A stretch of DNA of 64,000 nt from an uncultured Methanomicrobiales archaeon (GTDB lineage Archaea; Halobacteriota; Methanomicrobia; Methanomicrobiales; Methanospirillaceae): contig CAVWXH010000015.1 of NCBI GenBank assembly GCA_963758915.1, forward strand, positions 81,737-145,736. The letters run 5' to 3'. The translations under genes and the position numbers were made by a program. Shown in pieces: positions 1-10,775 of this stretch. Numbering within the stretch: position 1 is the first letter of the stretch; every line of letters begins with the position of its first letter. The notes beneath the pieces were generated by a model. The model saw nothing but the letters and a program-made list of their open reading frames with translations, searched no databases and had not been told where the DNA came from.

Positions 1-83
1 CTTTCCTGAACAAAGAGTCAGATACATACTTTAAAAAATTAACACACAATTAATTGTTAATCAATCGAAAGAGATAATATAAC

Positions 84-348
84 GGCTTTGTTGAACCCCT
101 CTCAAATATATCTTGCAGAGCCGGTAATTCCATTATTCGGTCACGCATCCGGGGCTCCGCCCCGCCGCGTTGGCGATCCAGTCTGGGATAGGGAATAATC
201 TCAAAATCCCTGAAATTTTCTTCCAATCCCCCGAATCGGATCCTGCCAGTGAATATGTTATTGGGGGCGGGGCAGGCAGGGGGTGAAACCCCCTCATGTC
301 TACATATTTTTCCTTCCTTCTTCTAAATACGCAGGCTTTCGAAAAAGA
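84..348 (+). mobile_element. MITE-like structured repeat, copy 1 (IS903-like terminal inverted repeats)
   Basis: Begins GGCTTTGTTGAA and ends TTTCGAAAAAG. Internal hairpins CGGGGCTCCGCCCCG and AGGGGGTGAAACCCCCT. Homologous to 16649-16911 (reverse) and 22869-23123. Flanks TAATATAAC / TATCATAAC match 7/9, a possible target-site duplication. Confidence 0.72.
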
Positions 349-435
349 TATCATAACCGTTAAAAGCTAAATCCCCAATACAGAACTTTATCACTTATGA
401 TCTGGTTCGTTTCTGATTCTGCTCTTCAAATCGAT

Positions 436-1341
436 TTAACTCGTGGGCAGACCTGCAGTCGGTATTTTGAAGATGTGGATCGATTGGTCTTTCCCTGCAC
501 AGGGACCGGGCTGATTTGACTTCCTTTTATCCGATACAACTGCCAGCCGGTCGTTTCCAAGCCACGTCACACCTTCCAGATTACAGTATATAATCTGGCC
601 TTTATCATCACGTGGGAACAGAAACAACTGGCCATCGTCTTCGAACGGGTCTTTCATACTGATCGGTTGAGCACGAAGGCGCCCAACCCACATGGCAGAC
701 GAGGCCTGCGAGAGCACTGTCAGACAGCCATTGGCGAAATCAAGGCTGGAGTAGTCCTTGTAACGCACTGATTTTGGCAGTCTTATCGTTCCAACATGCT
801 CCCAGTTTTCCGCGGCCCATTTGAAGACCTGGATAACTCCATTTCCCGGCTGAACTCCGGCGCTACCGCTTTTACAGTTATTTCCCTCGCATAGACCAAG
901 CAGGTAATCGTTCCCGGTATAGTGGAGGGTTGATAAGCCTTCGAAACCTTTGTTGCCGTTTTTGAGTGGAAAGTTCAACCAGTAACTTTTGATAAAGGCA
1001 AAGGATTCGTCAAACTCATCTATGCGTGGCATGAAGACGCCCGACTTCGTTTCAGCGGCCTCGATCAGGCAATACCACCGGTTGTTTGATAACTGATATG
1101 TAATATCTTCATAACCAGCCCCCGTTCCATTCAAATCCATCAAGAAAGGCTCCACTCCCGCGTAGCGCCAATCAAGCTTGATACGCAAAAGACGCGGATC
1201 ATCATCGAAAATGATGTGGAGATAGTCATCCTTCAGGTAGATGCCACTGGCTTCGTAGCGCTTATCGCCAGCGCCTTTGAGCAGTGCGCCAATCCTGACC
1301 TCCAGAACAAGCTCCAATAGAGTCGCCGTTTCCTGCTTCAT
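436..1341 (-). CDS. Hypothetical beta-propeller protein (SdiA-regulated / phytase-like repeats)
   Basis: ORF with repeated EASG/YEDI/FEGL/DYSS/LEGV blade motifs. ATG at 1341 preferred over TTG at 1380. Confidence 0.7.
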   Translation of the reverse strand: MKQETATLLELVLEVRIGALLKGAGDKRYEASGIYLKDDYLHIIFDDDPRLLRIKLDWRYAGVEPFLMDLNGTGAGYEDITYQLSNNRWYCLIEAAETKSGVFMPRIDEFDESFAFIKSYWLNFPLKNGNKGFEGLSTLHYTGNDYLLGLCEGNNCKSGSAGVQPGNGVIQVFKWAAENWEHVGTIRLPKSVRYKDYSSLDFANGCLTVLSQASSAMWVGRLRAQPISMKDPFEDDGQLFLFPRDDKGQIIYCNLEGVTWLGNDRLAVVSDKRKSNQPGPCAGKDQSIHIFKIPTAGLPTS

Positions 1342-1502
1342 TGCTCCAACACCTGCATGGAAATTTTCCAAAGTTGCCAAGGATTATATGAATCACTTGT
1401 AATGGAAGATATTATCCTCCATCATCTTGTTTCCAAGGTTATTTTCCAATAGAATTTTTTTAAAATAGAAAGAATTCCCAATCCGTTTATAATTACCCGT
1501 TT

Positions 1503-2585
1503 TCATAAAAGATCGTATAGCGTTGTCCGCTGGCGGAGCGGACGCCCGAGGTCCTTTGCAATCCGCTCCATTATAACCGGGTCAAGGTATTCGGCACTCT
1601 CCGCACCGGCATCTCTTGATACATCATCGGCGAACATGGTCCCTGCGAAGTCATTCGCTCCCGATGCCAGGGATAGTTCGCTCATCTTTAGTCCTAACTT
1701 CCCCCAGGAGACCTGGATGTTTTTAAAATTGTCAAGAAACAGGCGTGAGACGGCAACCAGGAGGATATCTTCCATGCCGGTCGCACCCGCACGGGCAATA
1801 CCCTGCTGGTAGAGGGGGGTACCGGTATGGATATACGTTAACGGGACCAGTTCCGTGAACCCCCCGGTCTCATCCTGGATTTCACGGAGAATGGACAGGT
1901 GTTTCGCGCGTTCCGGGGCATTTTCATAGGAACCATACATGATGGTTGCGGTCGTCGGGATCTTCATCCTGTGGGCTTCCCTGATGATCTTTGTCCAATC
2001 ACGGGTATTGAGTTTATTCGGGCAGATCACCGACCTCACATCATCGACAAGGATTTCTGCAGCCGTCCCCTGGAGTGAACCGAGTCCAGCTTTTTGCAGC
2101 CGCTCCAGGACCTCGATAGTACTGATTCCACTCCTGTCTGACGCATGAGCGACCTCGTCCGGGCTGAATGCATGTACGTGGACTCCCGGGGCAGCCCGTG
2201 TGACCCAGCTGAGGATCTCCTCGTAGGACTCCATGGTGAAATCCGGGTGGACCCCGGAGAGAAGACAAATTTCAGTGACCTTCCGCTCCATAGCGAGCGC
2301 CACTTTTTTTCCAATCTCCGCCTGGTCATTGCAGTATGCACCCTCGGCACCCGGGCTTTTCCCGAAGCCACAAAAACCGCAGAGATTTTTACAGATATTC
2401 GTGATATGGATATTCTGGTTACGCACGTACGTTATGATATTCCCGGCCTTTTTCTCCCGCATCCCATCTGCGGCAGCGAGAATAGAGAATACCTCCCGGC
2501 CCCTGGTGTCGAGAAGCGCGGCTGCTTCAGGCTCTGTCATACGGTGCCCACCCCCGATATCACGTAGCAGCTGGCACAGGTCCAT
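1503..2585 (-). CDS. cofH: FO synthase subunit CofH (radical SAM, F420 biosynthesis)
   Basis: TYVRNQNIHITNICKNLCGFCGF radical-SAM motif, GTAAEIL and NIQVSW motifs. SD-like GAGGGTGA before ATG 2585. Confidence 0.92.
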   Translation of the reverse strand: MDLCQLLRDIGGGHRMTEPEAAALLDTRGREVFSILAAADGMREKKAGNIITYVRNQNIHITNICKNLCGFCGFGKSPGAEGAYCNDQAEIGKKVALAMERKVTEICLLSGVHPDFTMESYEEILSWVTRAAPGVHVHAFSPDEVAHASDRSGISTIEVLERLQKAGLGSLQGTAAEILVDDVRSVICPNKLNTRDWTKIIREAHRMKIPTTATIMYGSYENAPERAKHLSILREIQDETGGFTELVPLTYIHTGTPLYQQGIARAGATGMEDILLVAVSRLFLDNFKNIQVSWGKLGLKMSELSLASGANDFAGTMFADDVSRDAGAESAEYLDPVIMERIAKDLGRPLRQRTTLYDLL

Positions 2586-2599
2586 ATTCACCCTCAGAA

Positions 2600-3448
2600 T
2601 TATTTCTTCTGCTTATTCTTTTTCCCGGGTTTTACCTGGCTTTTTGGGGTTTCCTTTTTGCGGAGATACCACTCGTGAAGGAGGATGAGAAGGATAATGA
2701 TGATCGCAACCGGGATTATATTAAGCGGCAGATACCCTACGAGGGGAACAGAAAAGACCGCTTTGCCAACAATCCATTCCGGTTTAACGGGTTCGATTGC
2801 CCCGAGACTCGTATAATGTGAAAGCCCTGACCCCTGGTCACTCCTCCAGTTGTTATCCCCTTTCGTAATATAGCCACCATGGGTGTCCGTGCTGTTCAGG
2901 GGTACGATAAAGCCGATATCAGGGTCTGGTGAAGGAATAATCGATCCCTGGGCGGTAAAATTGTCCTTCGTTATCGGGATGTAACTCGTTGGCGTGTGTT
3001 TCCCACCACTGGGGTTGACATAGGCGACCAGCGTGCTGCCCGGTTCCTCGTATACCATTGCACGGTGGATGATCGGGTGTGCCCCCCCGATAAACGGTAT
3101 CGGGGAACCGGTCCCCCCGTTCGGGTTATAGATTATTACATCACCATAATCCCCGAATTTGGAATATCCCGACTCTTTTCCCTCGGTCCACGATTGAAGC
3201 GGGCCAAACCTGTCTGCCTGGACAACGAACACAAGGTCCCCTACATTCATGTGCGGTACCATGCTCTCGGACTCTATCGTCACAACAGCAGGCCACGTAC
3301 CGCTGACTGCGAATAAGAGCGCGGCTATTGAACCGACAACAATGATTACCCACAGGAACTCGCGGAGCAGTGATATGACTTTATTGTCACTATTTTTAAA
3401 TTTTTCAAGAATTGAGGTGTTTTGCTTATCCTCACCAGTATCTTTCAT
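2600..3448 (-). CDS. sec11: Signal peptidase I, archaeal S26B (Sec11) type
   Basis: TM helix, IESESMVPH catalytic Ser box, IIHRA, TKGDNN, C-terminal TM and basic tail. Confidence 0.92.
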   Translation of the reverse strand: MKDTGEDKQNTSILEKFKNSDNKVISLLREFLWVIIVVGSIAALLFAVSGTWPAVVTIESESMVPHMNVGDLVFVVQADRFGPLQSWTEGKESGYSKFGDYGDVIIYNPNGGTGSPIPFIGGAHPIIHRAMVYEEPGSTLVAYVNPSGGKHTPTSYIPITKDNFTAQGSIIPSPDPDIGFIVPLNSTDTHGGYITKGDNNWRSDQGSGLSHYTSLGAIEPVKPEWIVGKAVFSVPLVGYLPLNIIPVAIIIILLILLHEWYLRKKETPKSQVKPGKKNKQKK

Positions 3449-3897
3449 TCGTCTTTTTATCTTTGTACTATTGTCATATAATTAATCGCGTCACGGCATG
3501 GATTTTTGGACATCGAATGAAGCAATTACAGAAAGTCCGGGATATAACAAACCGGCACCATTCAATCCAGCCCACACACATTGTTGGCATACGTTGATGG
3601 TTTTTTTTTACCGGGTCTGCATCCCTCTGTCAGATTGCGACAGTATTACCACTGCAGTCAGCAGCGGGCTCACCCCGGCAGCACTGCTATGGCATTCCAG
3701 ATAGTGGTTCCGGATTTAACTCAAAGCGTACCAGCATTACATGGTCGCCCTTGCAACCATGCAGGAAGAGCAGGAAAATTTTGAGGACTTCCGGATTTTC
3801 CAGGTCATATGTAACACTCATCGCAGGCCATTGAGGGTTATTGTTCCATCCCCGATCTAAAATCCTATATCGGCAGCAGGGGATAGTATTAGATCAG

Positions 3898-5316
3898 ATG
3901 CTTGACACCGAGACCATTGTCCAGCGGTTCCTCGATACCAAATTACAGGTGCACCCTGAAGTGGTGAGATATCTCGCCGAAAAAGGGGACACCGACCTGC
4001 TGGAACGCGTGGTTTCTGCTGTCCCGGGTGACACCATAGTCGTGCTGGCACAGCATGTTCCGGGAATGGGTCTTTCAAAAGACGGGACGCGGTTTCTGAC
4101 TGACCCGGAAGTCGAGATAATCAACGGCAGTGAGGGGTCGTCCGGGGGCGTCCTCGGGGTAGCAGATTATCTCCATTATTTCCGGCACCGTTATGATTGT
4201 CTCGGGGGGCTCATCCGGAGCAGGTGCAGTGCCATGCCCATCGAGGCATTGAAGAAGCCACGGTACCGGGAGGAGAAATGCACGATTATCGGGCTTGTTT
4301 CAGAGGTAAAAAGCACCACAAAGGGTCACCGCCGGGTTGACGTGGAAGATGCGACAGGGACCGTGGCAGTACTCTTCAACAAGGACAGGCCGGGCTTTGC
4401 CGATGCTGAAACGTTGCTCCCGGATGAAGTCATAGGTGTGAAAGGGTCGCTCTCATCTGATGGAAAAATGCTGTTTGCTGACCAGCTCATGAGACCTGAT
4501 ATTCCCCACAGCCATGCACCTTATACGAGCGAAAGTCCCGGCAAAGCGGTGTTGATCTCTGATATTCACGTGGGCAGTGACACATTTCTCGATGGTGCCT
4601 GGGACAGGTTTTCAGAATGGGTCCGCGGGGCGGATGTCTCCTATCTCCTGTGTGCGGGAGACCTTGTGGATGGGATCGGTATTTACCCGGGGCAGGAGGC
4701 AGAACTCACGATTAAGAACATCTACGAGCAGTATGACTTCCTCGGGGAACTGCTCCAGTCACTGCCGTCCCGGTTGAAAATTATCCTCGCTCCCGGCAAC
4801 CACGATGTGGTCCGGGGGGCCGAACCACAACCCGCAATCCCGAGAAAATTTACCGGGAAATTCCCTGATAATTGTGTATTTGTCGAAAATCCGGCTCTCG
4901 TCAGCCTCCAGGGGGTCAGGGTGCTGATGTACCACGGGAGGTCAATCGACGACCAGATCGGGCTGACACCGGGTGCTTCGTACGAGAACCCGTCACCGAT
5001 GATGGAGTGGATGCTCAAACGCCGCCACCTCGCACCTACGTACGGGAGAAAGACCCCAATCGCTGCTGACCGGCAGGACCACCTGATGATCGATCCCATC
5101 CCCGAAGTACTCATGACCGGCCATGTTCACGTAATGGGGATCGTCCAGTACCATGGAACACTTGCAATCAACGCAGGGACATGGCAGTCCCAGACAGCAT
5201 TCCAGAAGCAGATGAATATCAATCCCACTCCTGCACGGGCGGTTGTCCTTGACCTGCAGACGCTGGCACCTACCATATATGACTTCAGTGGCGACGAAAT
5301 GGTCGTTCTTGGATAA
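3898..5316 (+). CDS. polB: DNA polymerase D small subunit DP1 (3'-5' exonuclease)
   Basis: OB fold followed by calcineurin-like motifs SDIHVGS, GDLVDG, PGNHD, YHG, GHVH. ATG 3898 with a TATA-like box about 28 nt upstream. Confidence 0.95.
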   Translation: MLDTETIVQRFLDTKLQVHPEVVRYLAEKGDTDLLERVVSAVPGDTIVVLAQHVPGMGLSKDGTRFLTDPEVEIINGSEGSSGGVLGVADYLHYFRHRYDCLGGLIRSRCSAMPIEALKKPRYREEKCTIIGLVSEVKSTTKGHRRVDVEDATGTVAVLFNKDRPGFADAETLLPDEVIGVKGSLSSDGKMLFADQLMRPDIPHSHAPYTSESPGKAVLISDIHVGSDTFLDGAWDRFSEWVRGADVSYLLCAGDLVDGIGIYPGQEAELTIKNIYEQYDFLGELLQSLPSRLKIILAPGNHDVVRGAEPQPAIPRKFTGKFPDNCVFVENPALVSLQGVRVLMYHGRSIDDQIGLTPGASYENPSPMMEWMLKRRHLAPTYGRKTPIAADRQDHLMIDPIPEVLMTGHVHVMGIVQYHGTLAINAGTWQSQTAFQKQMNINPTPARAVVLDLQTLAPTIYDFSGDEMVVLG

Positions 5317-5342
5317 CGTTCATCCTCCTGACAAAGGATACC

Positions 5343-5367
5343 GGTAATGATGGTGACCATCATCACC
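5343..5367. terminator. Inverted repeat between convergent polB and hppA
   Basis: ATGATGGT-G-ACCATCAT palindrome followed by T/A runs. Confidence 0.3.
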
Positions 5368-5483
5368 TGCTTTTATAAAAATACTATATGAAATGTCCTA
5401 TTAAAAATCACGTTGCATCAGGTAGAGATTTTTTCCAAAAATAGGCAGATATCAGCCGGATAAAAAAAAATGTTGCCTGTTCA

Positions 5484-7541
5484 TCAGATGAACAGGGGTG
5501 CAAGTACCAGGGTAAGGGTCGCCAGGAGCTTGATAAGCACATGGAGGGAAGGTCCTGCAGTGTCTTTGAACGGGTCACCAACGGTGTCACCGACTACTGC
5601 AGCCTTGTGGGCCTCGCTTCCCTTGCCACCGAGTGCACCACTCTCGATGTATTTCTTGGCATTGTCCCATGCACCACCGCTGTTGTTCAGCACCAGTGCC
5701 ATGAGGACACCGGTAATGGTGGCGACCATCAGGAAACCGGCCATTGCCTCGTATTTTAACGCAAAGCCGACAAACACGGGGAACGCGATTGCGATGAAAC
5801 CCGGGAGGATCATGTTCTTGAGTGCACCTTTTGTGGTGATGTCAACACAACTTGCGTAGTCAGGTTTGACAGTCCCTTCAAGGATTCCCTTATCCTTGAA
5901 CTGGCGCCTGACGTCCTGGATAATATACTGTGCAGTTTCTCCAACGGCCCTTATTGCAAGGGACGCAAAGAGGAACACGAGCATCGCCCCAAGAAGTGCA
6001 CCGACGAATACCGGAACAAGGGCCAGGTTTACACTGACAAAGGGCTTGCCGGTAAGTACCGTAACCTCACCCATGTAGGCACTAAAGAGCAGGAACGCTG
6101 CAAGTGCTGCAGAACCCACGGCATACCCCTTGGTAAGTGCTTTCGTGGTGTTTCCTGCTGCATCGAGACGTGAGATCCTCTTCTGAGTCTCTTCGGACTC
6201 CCCGCTCATCTCAACAATACCACCGGCATTGTCAACGATAGGTCCGAACGTGTCCATCGCGAGGATGTAGGCACAGGTGGAAAGCATACCGACTGTTGCA
6301 ACCGCGGTACCGTAGAGACCACCATTGGTCACTCCGGACAATTCACCGAGCTTGAATGATACGATCAGGGCAATGCCGATTGCAATAGCCGATATAGCGG
6401 TTGTTTCGAGACCGACCGCAAATCCTGAAATGATGTTCGTCCCGGGGCCGGTTTTTGAGGCTTCAGCAATTGACTTGACCGGGCGGTACTTGTGATCCGT
6501 GTAATAAAGAGTCAGGTATACGAACACGATGGAGAGAGCTATTCCGACAAGTCCCGCATAGAAGAACCAGATATTATTGAACAACCAGATCGTTGCGACA
6601 TAGAGGAAGACCGCAGAAAGGATTGCCGTGACAAAAAACCCGCGGTATAATGCTTTCATCGGGTCTTCGTTGTCAGCGAGCTTCTCGGTGACAAAGAATA
6701 TTCCCACGATCGTGGCAATCAGGCCGAAAGCCCCCATCACCAGCGGGAAAAGTATTCCGTTCAGACCGAATACCGGGAAGAGCGCCACCCCGAGGATCAT
6801 GGCCCCGATGTTCTCAGCGGCTGTCGATTCAAACAGGTCTGCTCCACGACCGGCGCAGTCACCGACATTATCTCCAACAAGGTCGGCAATTACGGCCGGG
6901 TTTCTCGGGTCATCTTCCGGGATCCCAGCTTCAATCTTTCCTACAAGGTCAGCACCCACATCGGCAGCTTTCGTGTATATCCCACCGCCAAGCTGGGCAA
7001 AGAGTGCAATGAATGAAGCACCAAAGGCGAACCCGACGATAAGGAACGGGGTCGTAATGGGGTCTGCACCAAAGGCGTAGAATATTAACGAGACTCCAAG
7101 AAGCGAGAGGGATACGATGGTGAGACCTGATACGGCCCCACCCCTGAGCGCAAGAACAACCGATTTTCCCGCATTCTTGGTTGCTGCCGCCGCCGAACGA
7201 AGATTTGCACGGACAGATATCCACATGCCGATAATGCCGGAGAGAGAGGAGAGAAATGCTCCCAGCAGGAATGCCACGGCGGTTTGCCAGGCAATTGTGA
7301 AGTTACCTGAGATCATGTATGCAGCAAACAGTAAAATCGCCACAACGATCGCGAGGACCGCAATGGTCGAATACTGTCGCTTCAGGAAGGCTTCAGCCCC
7401 TTCACGGATGGCAGCCGCTACTTCGGCCATCTTCACGCTTCCGGTCTCTGCCCTGAGCACCTGCCGGGCAAAAAGCCCTGCAATGGCAAGTGCAACCAGG
7501 CATACCACCGAAATAAACACCAGTAAATTCAATTGGTACAA
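5484..7541 (-). CDS. hppA: Membrane-bound H+-translocating pyrophosphatase, K+-independent type
   Basis: GGGIYTKAADVGADLVGKIEAGIPEDDPRNP, DNVGD and GDTVGDPFKDT motifs. GNTTKA carries Lys at the K+-dependence site. TTG start with SD GAGGTGA. Confidence 0.95.
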   Translation of the reverse strand: MYQLNLLVFISVVCLVALAIAGLFARQVLRAETGSVKMAEVAAAIREGAEAFLKRQYSTIAVLAIVVAILLFAAYMISGNFTIAWQTAVAFLLGAFLSSLSGIIGMWISVRANLRSAAAATKNAGKSVVLALRGGAVSGLTIVSLSLLGVSLIFYAFGADPITTPFLIVGFAFGASFIALFAQLGGGIYTKAADVGADLVGKIEAGIPEDDPRNPAVIADLVGDNVGDCAGRGADLFESTAAENIGAMILGVALFPVFGLNGILFPLVMGAFGLIATIVGIFFVTEKLADNEDPMKALYRGFFVTAILSAVFLYVATIWLFNNIWFFYAGLVGIALSIVFVYLTLYYTDHKYRPVKSIAEASKTGPGTNIISGFAVGLETTAISAIAIGIALIVSFKLGELSGVTNGGLYGTAVATVGMLSTCAYILAMDTFGPIVDNAGGIVEMSGESEETQKRISRLDAAGNTTKALTKGYAVGSAALAAFLLFSAYMGEVTVLTGKPFVSVNLALVPVFVGALLGAMLVFLFASLAIRAVGETAQYIIQDVRRQFKDKGILEGTVKPDYASCVDITTKGALKNMILPGFIAIAFPVFVGFALKYEAMAGFLMVATITGVLMALVLNNSGGAWDNAKKYIESGALGGKGSEAHKAAVVGDTVGDPFKDTAGPSLHVLIKLLATLTLVLAPLFI

Positions 7542-7881
7542 CTATCGTCACCTCTCATAATTCGCATAATGAGATTCTGAAATTATTTCTTTTAAAATGG
7601 TAAAAAATATTGCCTGCACCATTATGCTGATATAAGAGGTCCTGGTACACCTGGTGTTCGGAATACTGCCCGTGAAATGGGATAACGGTGATTTTAACGG
7701 GTGATTGCTCCCGGATTTGCAAAAATAATAGGTACAGCTGTTACGGTCCGTTATTCCTAAAAATGTGAACATTTCATCTGCCGCTCACGATGTTTTTTTT
7801 GCAATTACCTGGTACAATAATATTAAGATTGCTTATTCCCATGATTTATATGTCCAGCCAGACGAGAGGAAACTACCTGAA

Positions 7882-10233
7882 ATGAAAGCAAGGGTTAAGA
7901 TCGACGAGTTGATTGGTGACGATATCAGGGCTCACGGGGTCGAACTCGATATCGGGCGGATCATCAGGGGGTGGGAGGAGAGACCTGGCCCTACGCGTAT
8001 GCCGGGTATCGGGGATCTCCGGGAATGGGACCATAAACTCCTGAAGAAATACCCACCCCATTATCTCCCGTTCTGTGACCTTTGCTGCCTATGCACCATG
8101 GGAAAATGTGACCTTTCCCGGGGGAAGCGCGGGGCCTGCGGGATAGATATGGCCGCACAGCAGTCCCGTATCGTGCTGCTCTCGGCATCAATAGGAACCG
8201 CAACGCATACGGGGCACGCACGTCATCTTCTCGAACACCTGATCGAAACATCGGGCCGTGACCACCATCTCGATATTGGCGCGTCTGTAAACCTGGAAGC
8301 CCCGAATATCAGGCTTGTAACCGGAATTAAGCCGATTACCCTTGGAGATCTCGAAGATGTGCTCGATTATTGCGAGAAGGAGATTACCCAGCTCCTCGCC
8401 TGCTGCCATACCGGGCAGGAAGGTAATAATATCGATTTTGAGTCCAAGGTCTTCCATGCAGGGATGATCGATCACGTCGCAATGGAAGCTGCCGACATCG
8501 CACAGATATCATCATTTAATTTCCCAAAAGGTGACCCGGTGGCAGCACTCGTTGATATCGGTATCGGTTGCGTGGACCCCGCCAAACCCTCAATTCTTGT
8601 CATTGGCCATAACGTAGCCCCTTCGGTTGAGATCACGGATTACATGCGCGAACACGGTCTTGAGGATGCAATTGACCTGGCCGGGATCTGCTGTACCGCC
8701 CTTGATCTCACACGATACAATAACCAGGCAAAGATTGTCGGCCCTCTCTCGCACCAGATACGGTTTATTCGTTACGGGGGCGCTGATGTAATCGTAATCG
8801 ATGAACAGTGTGTCAGAACGGATGTGGTGATTGAAGCGGAAAAAGTAAATGCACCGGTAATAGCGACAAGTTGTAAAAACTTCCAGGGGCTCCCGGACAG
8901 GACCCGTGACACGGTCGACAGCATTGTCGGGGATATTATCAATGGTAAAAGCATTGGTGCAGCAATTCTCGACCCTGTAAAGGCAGGTGAGGTGGCAGTC
9001 CGCCTTGCAACGGCCATGTTCCCGAAAAGGAAAAAATTCCGTGCGATTCCTGACGAGGCCACCATTGCCGCTGCCGCAAAGACCTGTGGCGGGTGTGACA
9101 ACTGCAGGAGGGTATGTCCCAATGATCTCCCCCTTGCAGAGGCTATCGCAGCTGCCGGGAAGGGAAACCTGAGCCTCCTCGGTGAACTGTACGAGTCGTG
9201 TATCGGTTGTACAAGGTGTGAAGGTGAAGGTGTCTGCGCAAAGGGCCTCATGCCCCACACGATGATCCTCGGTGCATCACGGATCCGGATGGGGAAAGAG
9301 AAGTTCCGGGTCCGGTGCGGAAGGGGACCAATACAGGACACTGAGATCCGCGCAGTCGGCGGCCCGATTGTGATGGGTGAAGTCCCGGGTGTACTCGGGA
9401 TGGTCGGGTGTTCGAATAACCCGGGCTCATGGAAGGATGTAGGCTTTATCGCTGAAGAATTCTTAAAAAGGCGTTATATTGTGACCACCTCGGGCTGTGC
9501 CGCAATGCAGATCGGTATGTATACGACAGAAGACGGGCTGGGACTCTATGAGGCGTACCCCGGGACCTTCGATGCGGGAGGTCTCGTCAACTGCGGTTCC
9601 TGCGTTTCAAACGCCCACATATCGGGGGCTGCGATTAAAATCGCGAGCATTTTTGCGAGAAGACAGTTGAATTCAAATTATGAAGAGATCGCAGATTATG
9701 TCCATAACCGTGTCGGGGCTGTCGGGATCGCATGGGGTGCGATGTCCCAGAAGGCATCTTCCATTGCTGCAGGGTTCTGGCGTCTCGGAATACCCGTCAT
9801 CGTCGGACCGCACGGCGCAAAATACCGGAGAATGCTCCTAGGCCGGAAGGACCACGACGAGGACTGGGAGGTTATTGATGCAAGGACCGGGGAACGGGTC
9901 TACGCAGCACCCACTCCTGAGCACCTGTTCGCCGTCGCCGAGACACGTGAAGAAGCAATGGTGCTCATACCGAAACTCTGCATGAGGCCAAGCGACACGA
10001 CAAAGGGCAGGTCTATCAAGCTGAACCATTACATCGATCTCCACAGGAAATTCTTCGGGGTTATGCCGGATGATATGCACCTGTTTGTGCGTACCACCGC
10101 TGATATTCCGGTGGCGATGAAGGATGACATCCAGAAAGCCCTGCGACAGACAGACTGGAAAGAAGGTGATGGCCGTATCCCTGACCCTACCCTGCTACCC
10201 CGGCTGGTACGAAAAGGGGGTGGGGCAGATTGA
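7882..10233 (+). CDS. cdhA: CO dehydrogenase/acetyl-CoA synthase (ACDS) alpha subunit
   Basis: CDLCCLCTMGKC...GACG B/D-cluster motif, C-cluster ligands (GHN, GICC, DEQC, VGC, SGC, GSCVSN) and a 2x[4Fe-4S] insert. ATG 7882. Confidence 0.96.
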   Translation: MKARVKIDELIGDDIRAHGVELDIGRIIRGWEERPGPTRMPGIGDLREWDHKLLKKYPPHYLPFCDLCCLCTMGKCDLSRGKRGACGIDMAAQQSRIVLLSASIGTATHTGHARHLLEHLIETSGRDHHLDIGASVNLEAPNIRLVTGIKPITLGDLEDVLDYCEKEITQLLACCHTGQEGNNIDFESKVFHAGMIDHVAMEAADIAQISSFNFPKGDPVAALVDIGIGCVDPAKPSILVIGHNVAPSVEITDYMREHGLEDAIDLAGICCTALDLTRYNNQAKIVGPLSHQIRFIRYGGADVIVIDEQCVRTDVVIEAEKVNAPVIATSCKNFQGLPDRTRDTVDSIVGDIINGKSIGAAILDPVKAGEVAVRLATAMFPKRKKFRAIPDEATIAAAAKTCGGCDNCRRVCPNDLPLAEAIAAAGKGNLSLLGELYESCIGCTRCEGEGVCAKGLMPHTMILGASRIRMGKEKFRVRCGRGPIQDTEIRAVGGPIVMGEVPGVLGMVGCSNNPGSWKDVGFIAEEFLKRRYIVTTSGCAAMQIGMYTTEDGLGLYEAYPGTFDAGGLVNCGSCVSNAHISGAAIKIASIFARRQLNSNYEEIADYVHNRVGAVGIAWGAMSQKASSIAAGFWRLGIPVIVGPHGAKYRRMLLGRKDHDEDWEVIDARTGERVYAAPTPEHLFAVAETREEAMVLIPKLCMRPSDTTKGRSIKLNHYIDLHRKFFGVMPDDMHLFVRTTADIPVAMKDDIQKALRQTDWKEGDGRIPDPTLLPRLVRKGGGAD

Positions 10234-10775
10234 CCGGTGATGAACCATGGCAGCGGTATGAGGTCCCGGGCAGCACCCAGTCAACGGTGGTTACAAAACC
10301 GGCTGTTATTGCAGCCCTGCTGAAAAAAGCATTACACCCGCTTATCGTTGTTGCCCATCATGCAGGGGCTCCGGCTGGCGCTGCAGGAAACCCCGTCGAT
10401 ACCATCATCCGTATTGCAGATGCAGGAAAGATTTCGGTTATTACGACACCATCAACCGCTCAGGCATTCAGGAAACGTGGTTTTACCCCGACCGCTACAC
10501 TTTCAATAATGGAAATCGGATCACGGCTGAATGATCCGGAATGGAGCATCAGCGATGACCACCAGCACCCCGACCTCGTCCTGTTTATCGGTTTCCCCTA
10601 TAGTATGGGATGGCTGCTCCAGTCAGGACTGAAATCATTCGCTCCGAAAGGGATCAGGTTTATTTCAATCGATCAGCGGTACCAGCCACATTGCACACTC
10701 TCATTTCCAAACCAGAGCAGGGATGAATGGTTGACAAACCTGAATGCAATCGCCGATGAGGTCGGCTGCACATGA
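10230..10775 (+). CDS. cdhB: ACDS epsilon subunit
   Basis: Overlaps the cdhA stop. Motifs EPWQ, DLVLFIGFPY, SGLKSFAP, ISIDQRYQPHCTLSFPN. Confidence 0.92.
   Translation: MTGDEPWQRYEVPGSTQSTVVTKPAVIAALLKKALHPLIVVAHHAGAPAGAAGNPVDTIIRIADAGKISVITTPSTAQAFRKRGFTPTATLSIMEIGSRLNDPEWSISDDHQHPDLVLFIGFPYSMGWLLQSGLKSFAPKGIRFISIDQRYQPHCTLSFPNQSRDEWLTNLNAIADEVGCT

Noticed and set aside
133-354. 73-aa ORF (and 22764-22973)
   Set aside because: These lie within or overlap the MITE-like repeats, and the frames are not conserved between copies.
3449-3897. 450-bp sec11/polB spacer as a possible tRNA or ncRNA
   Set aside because: No cloverleaf, T-loop or recognisable RNA motif. It is explained by divergent promoters.
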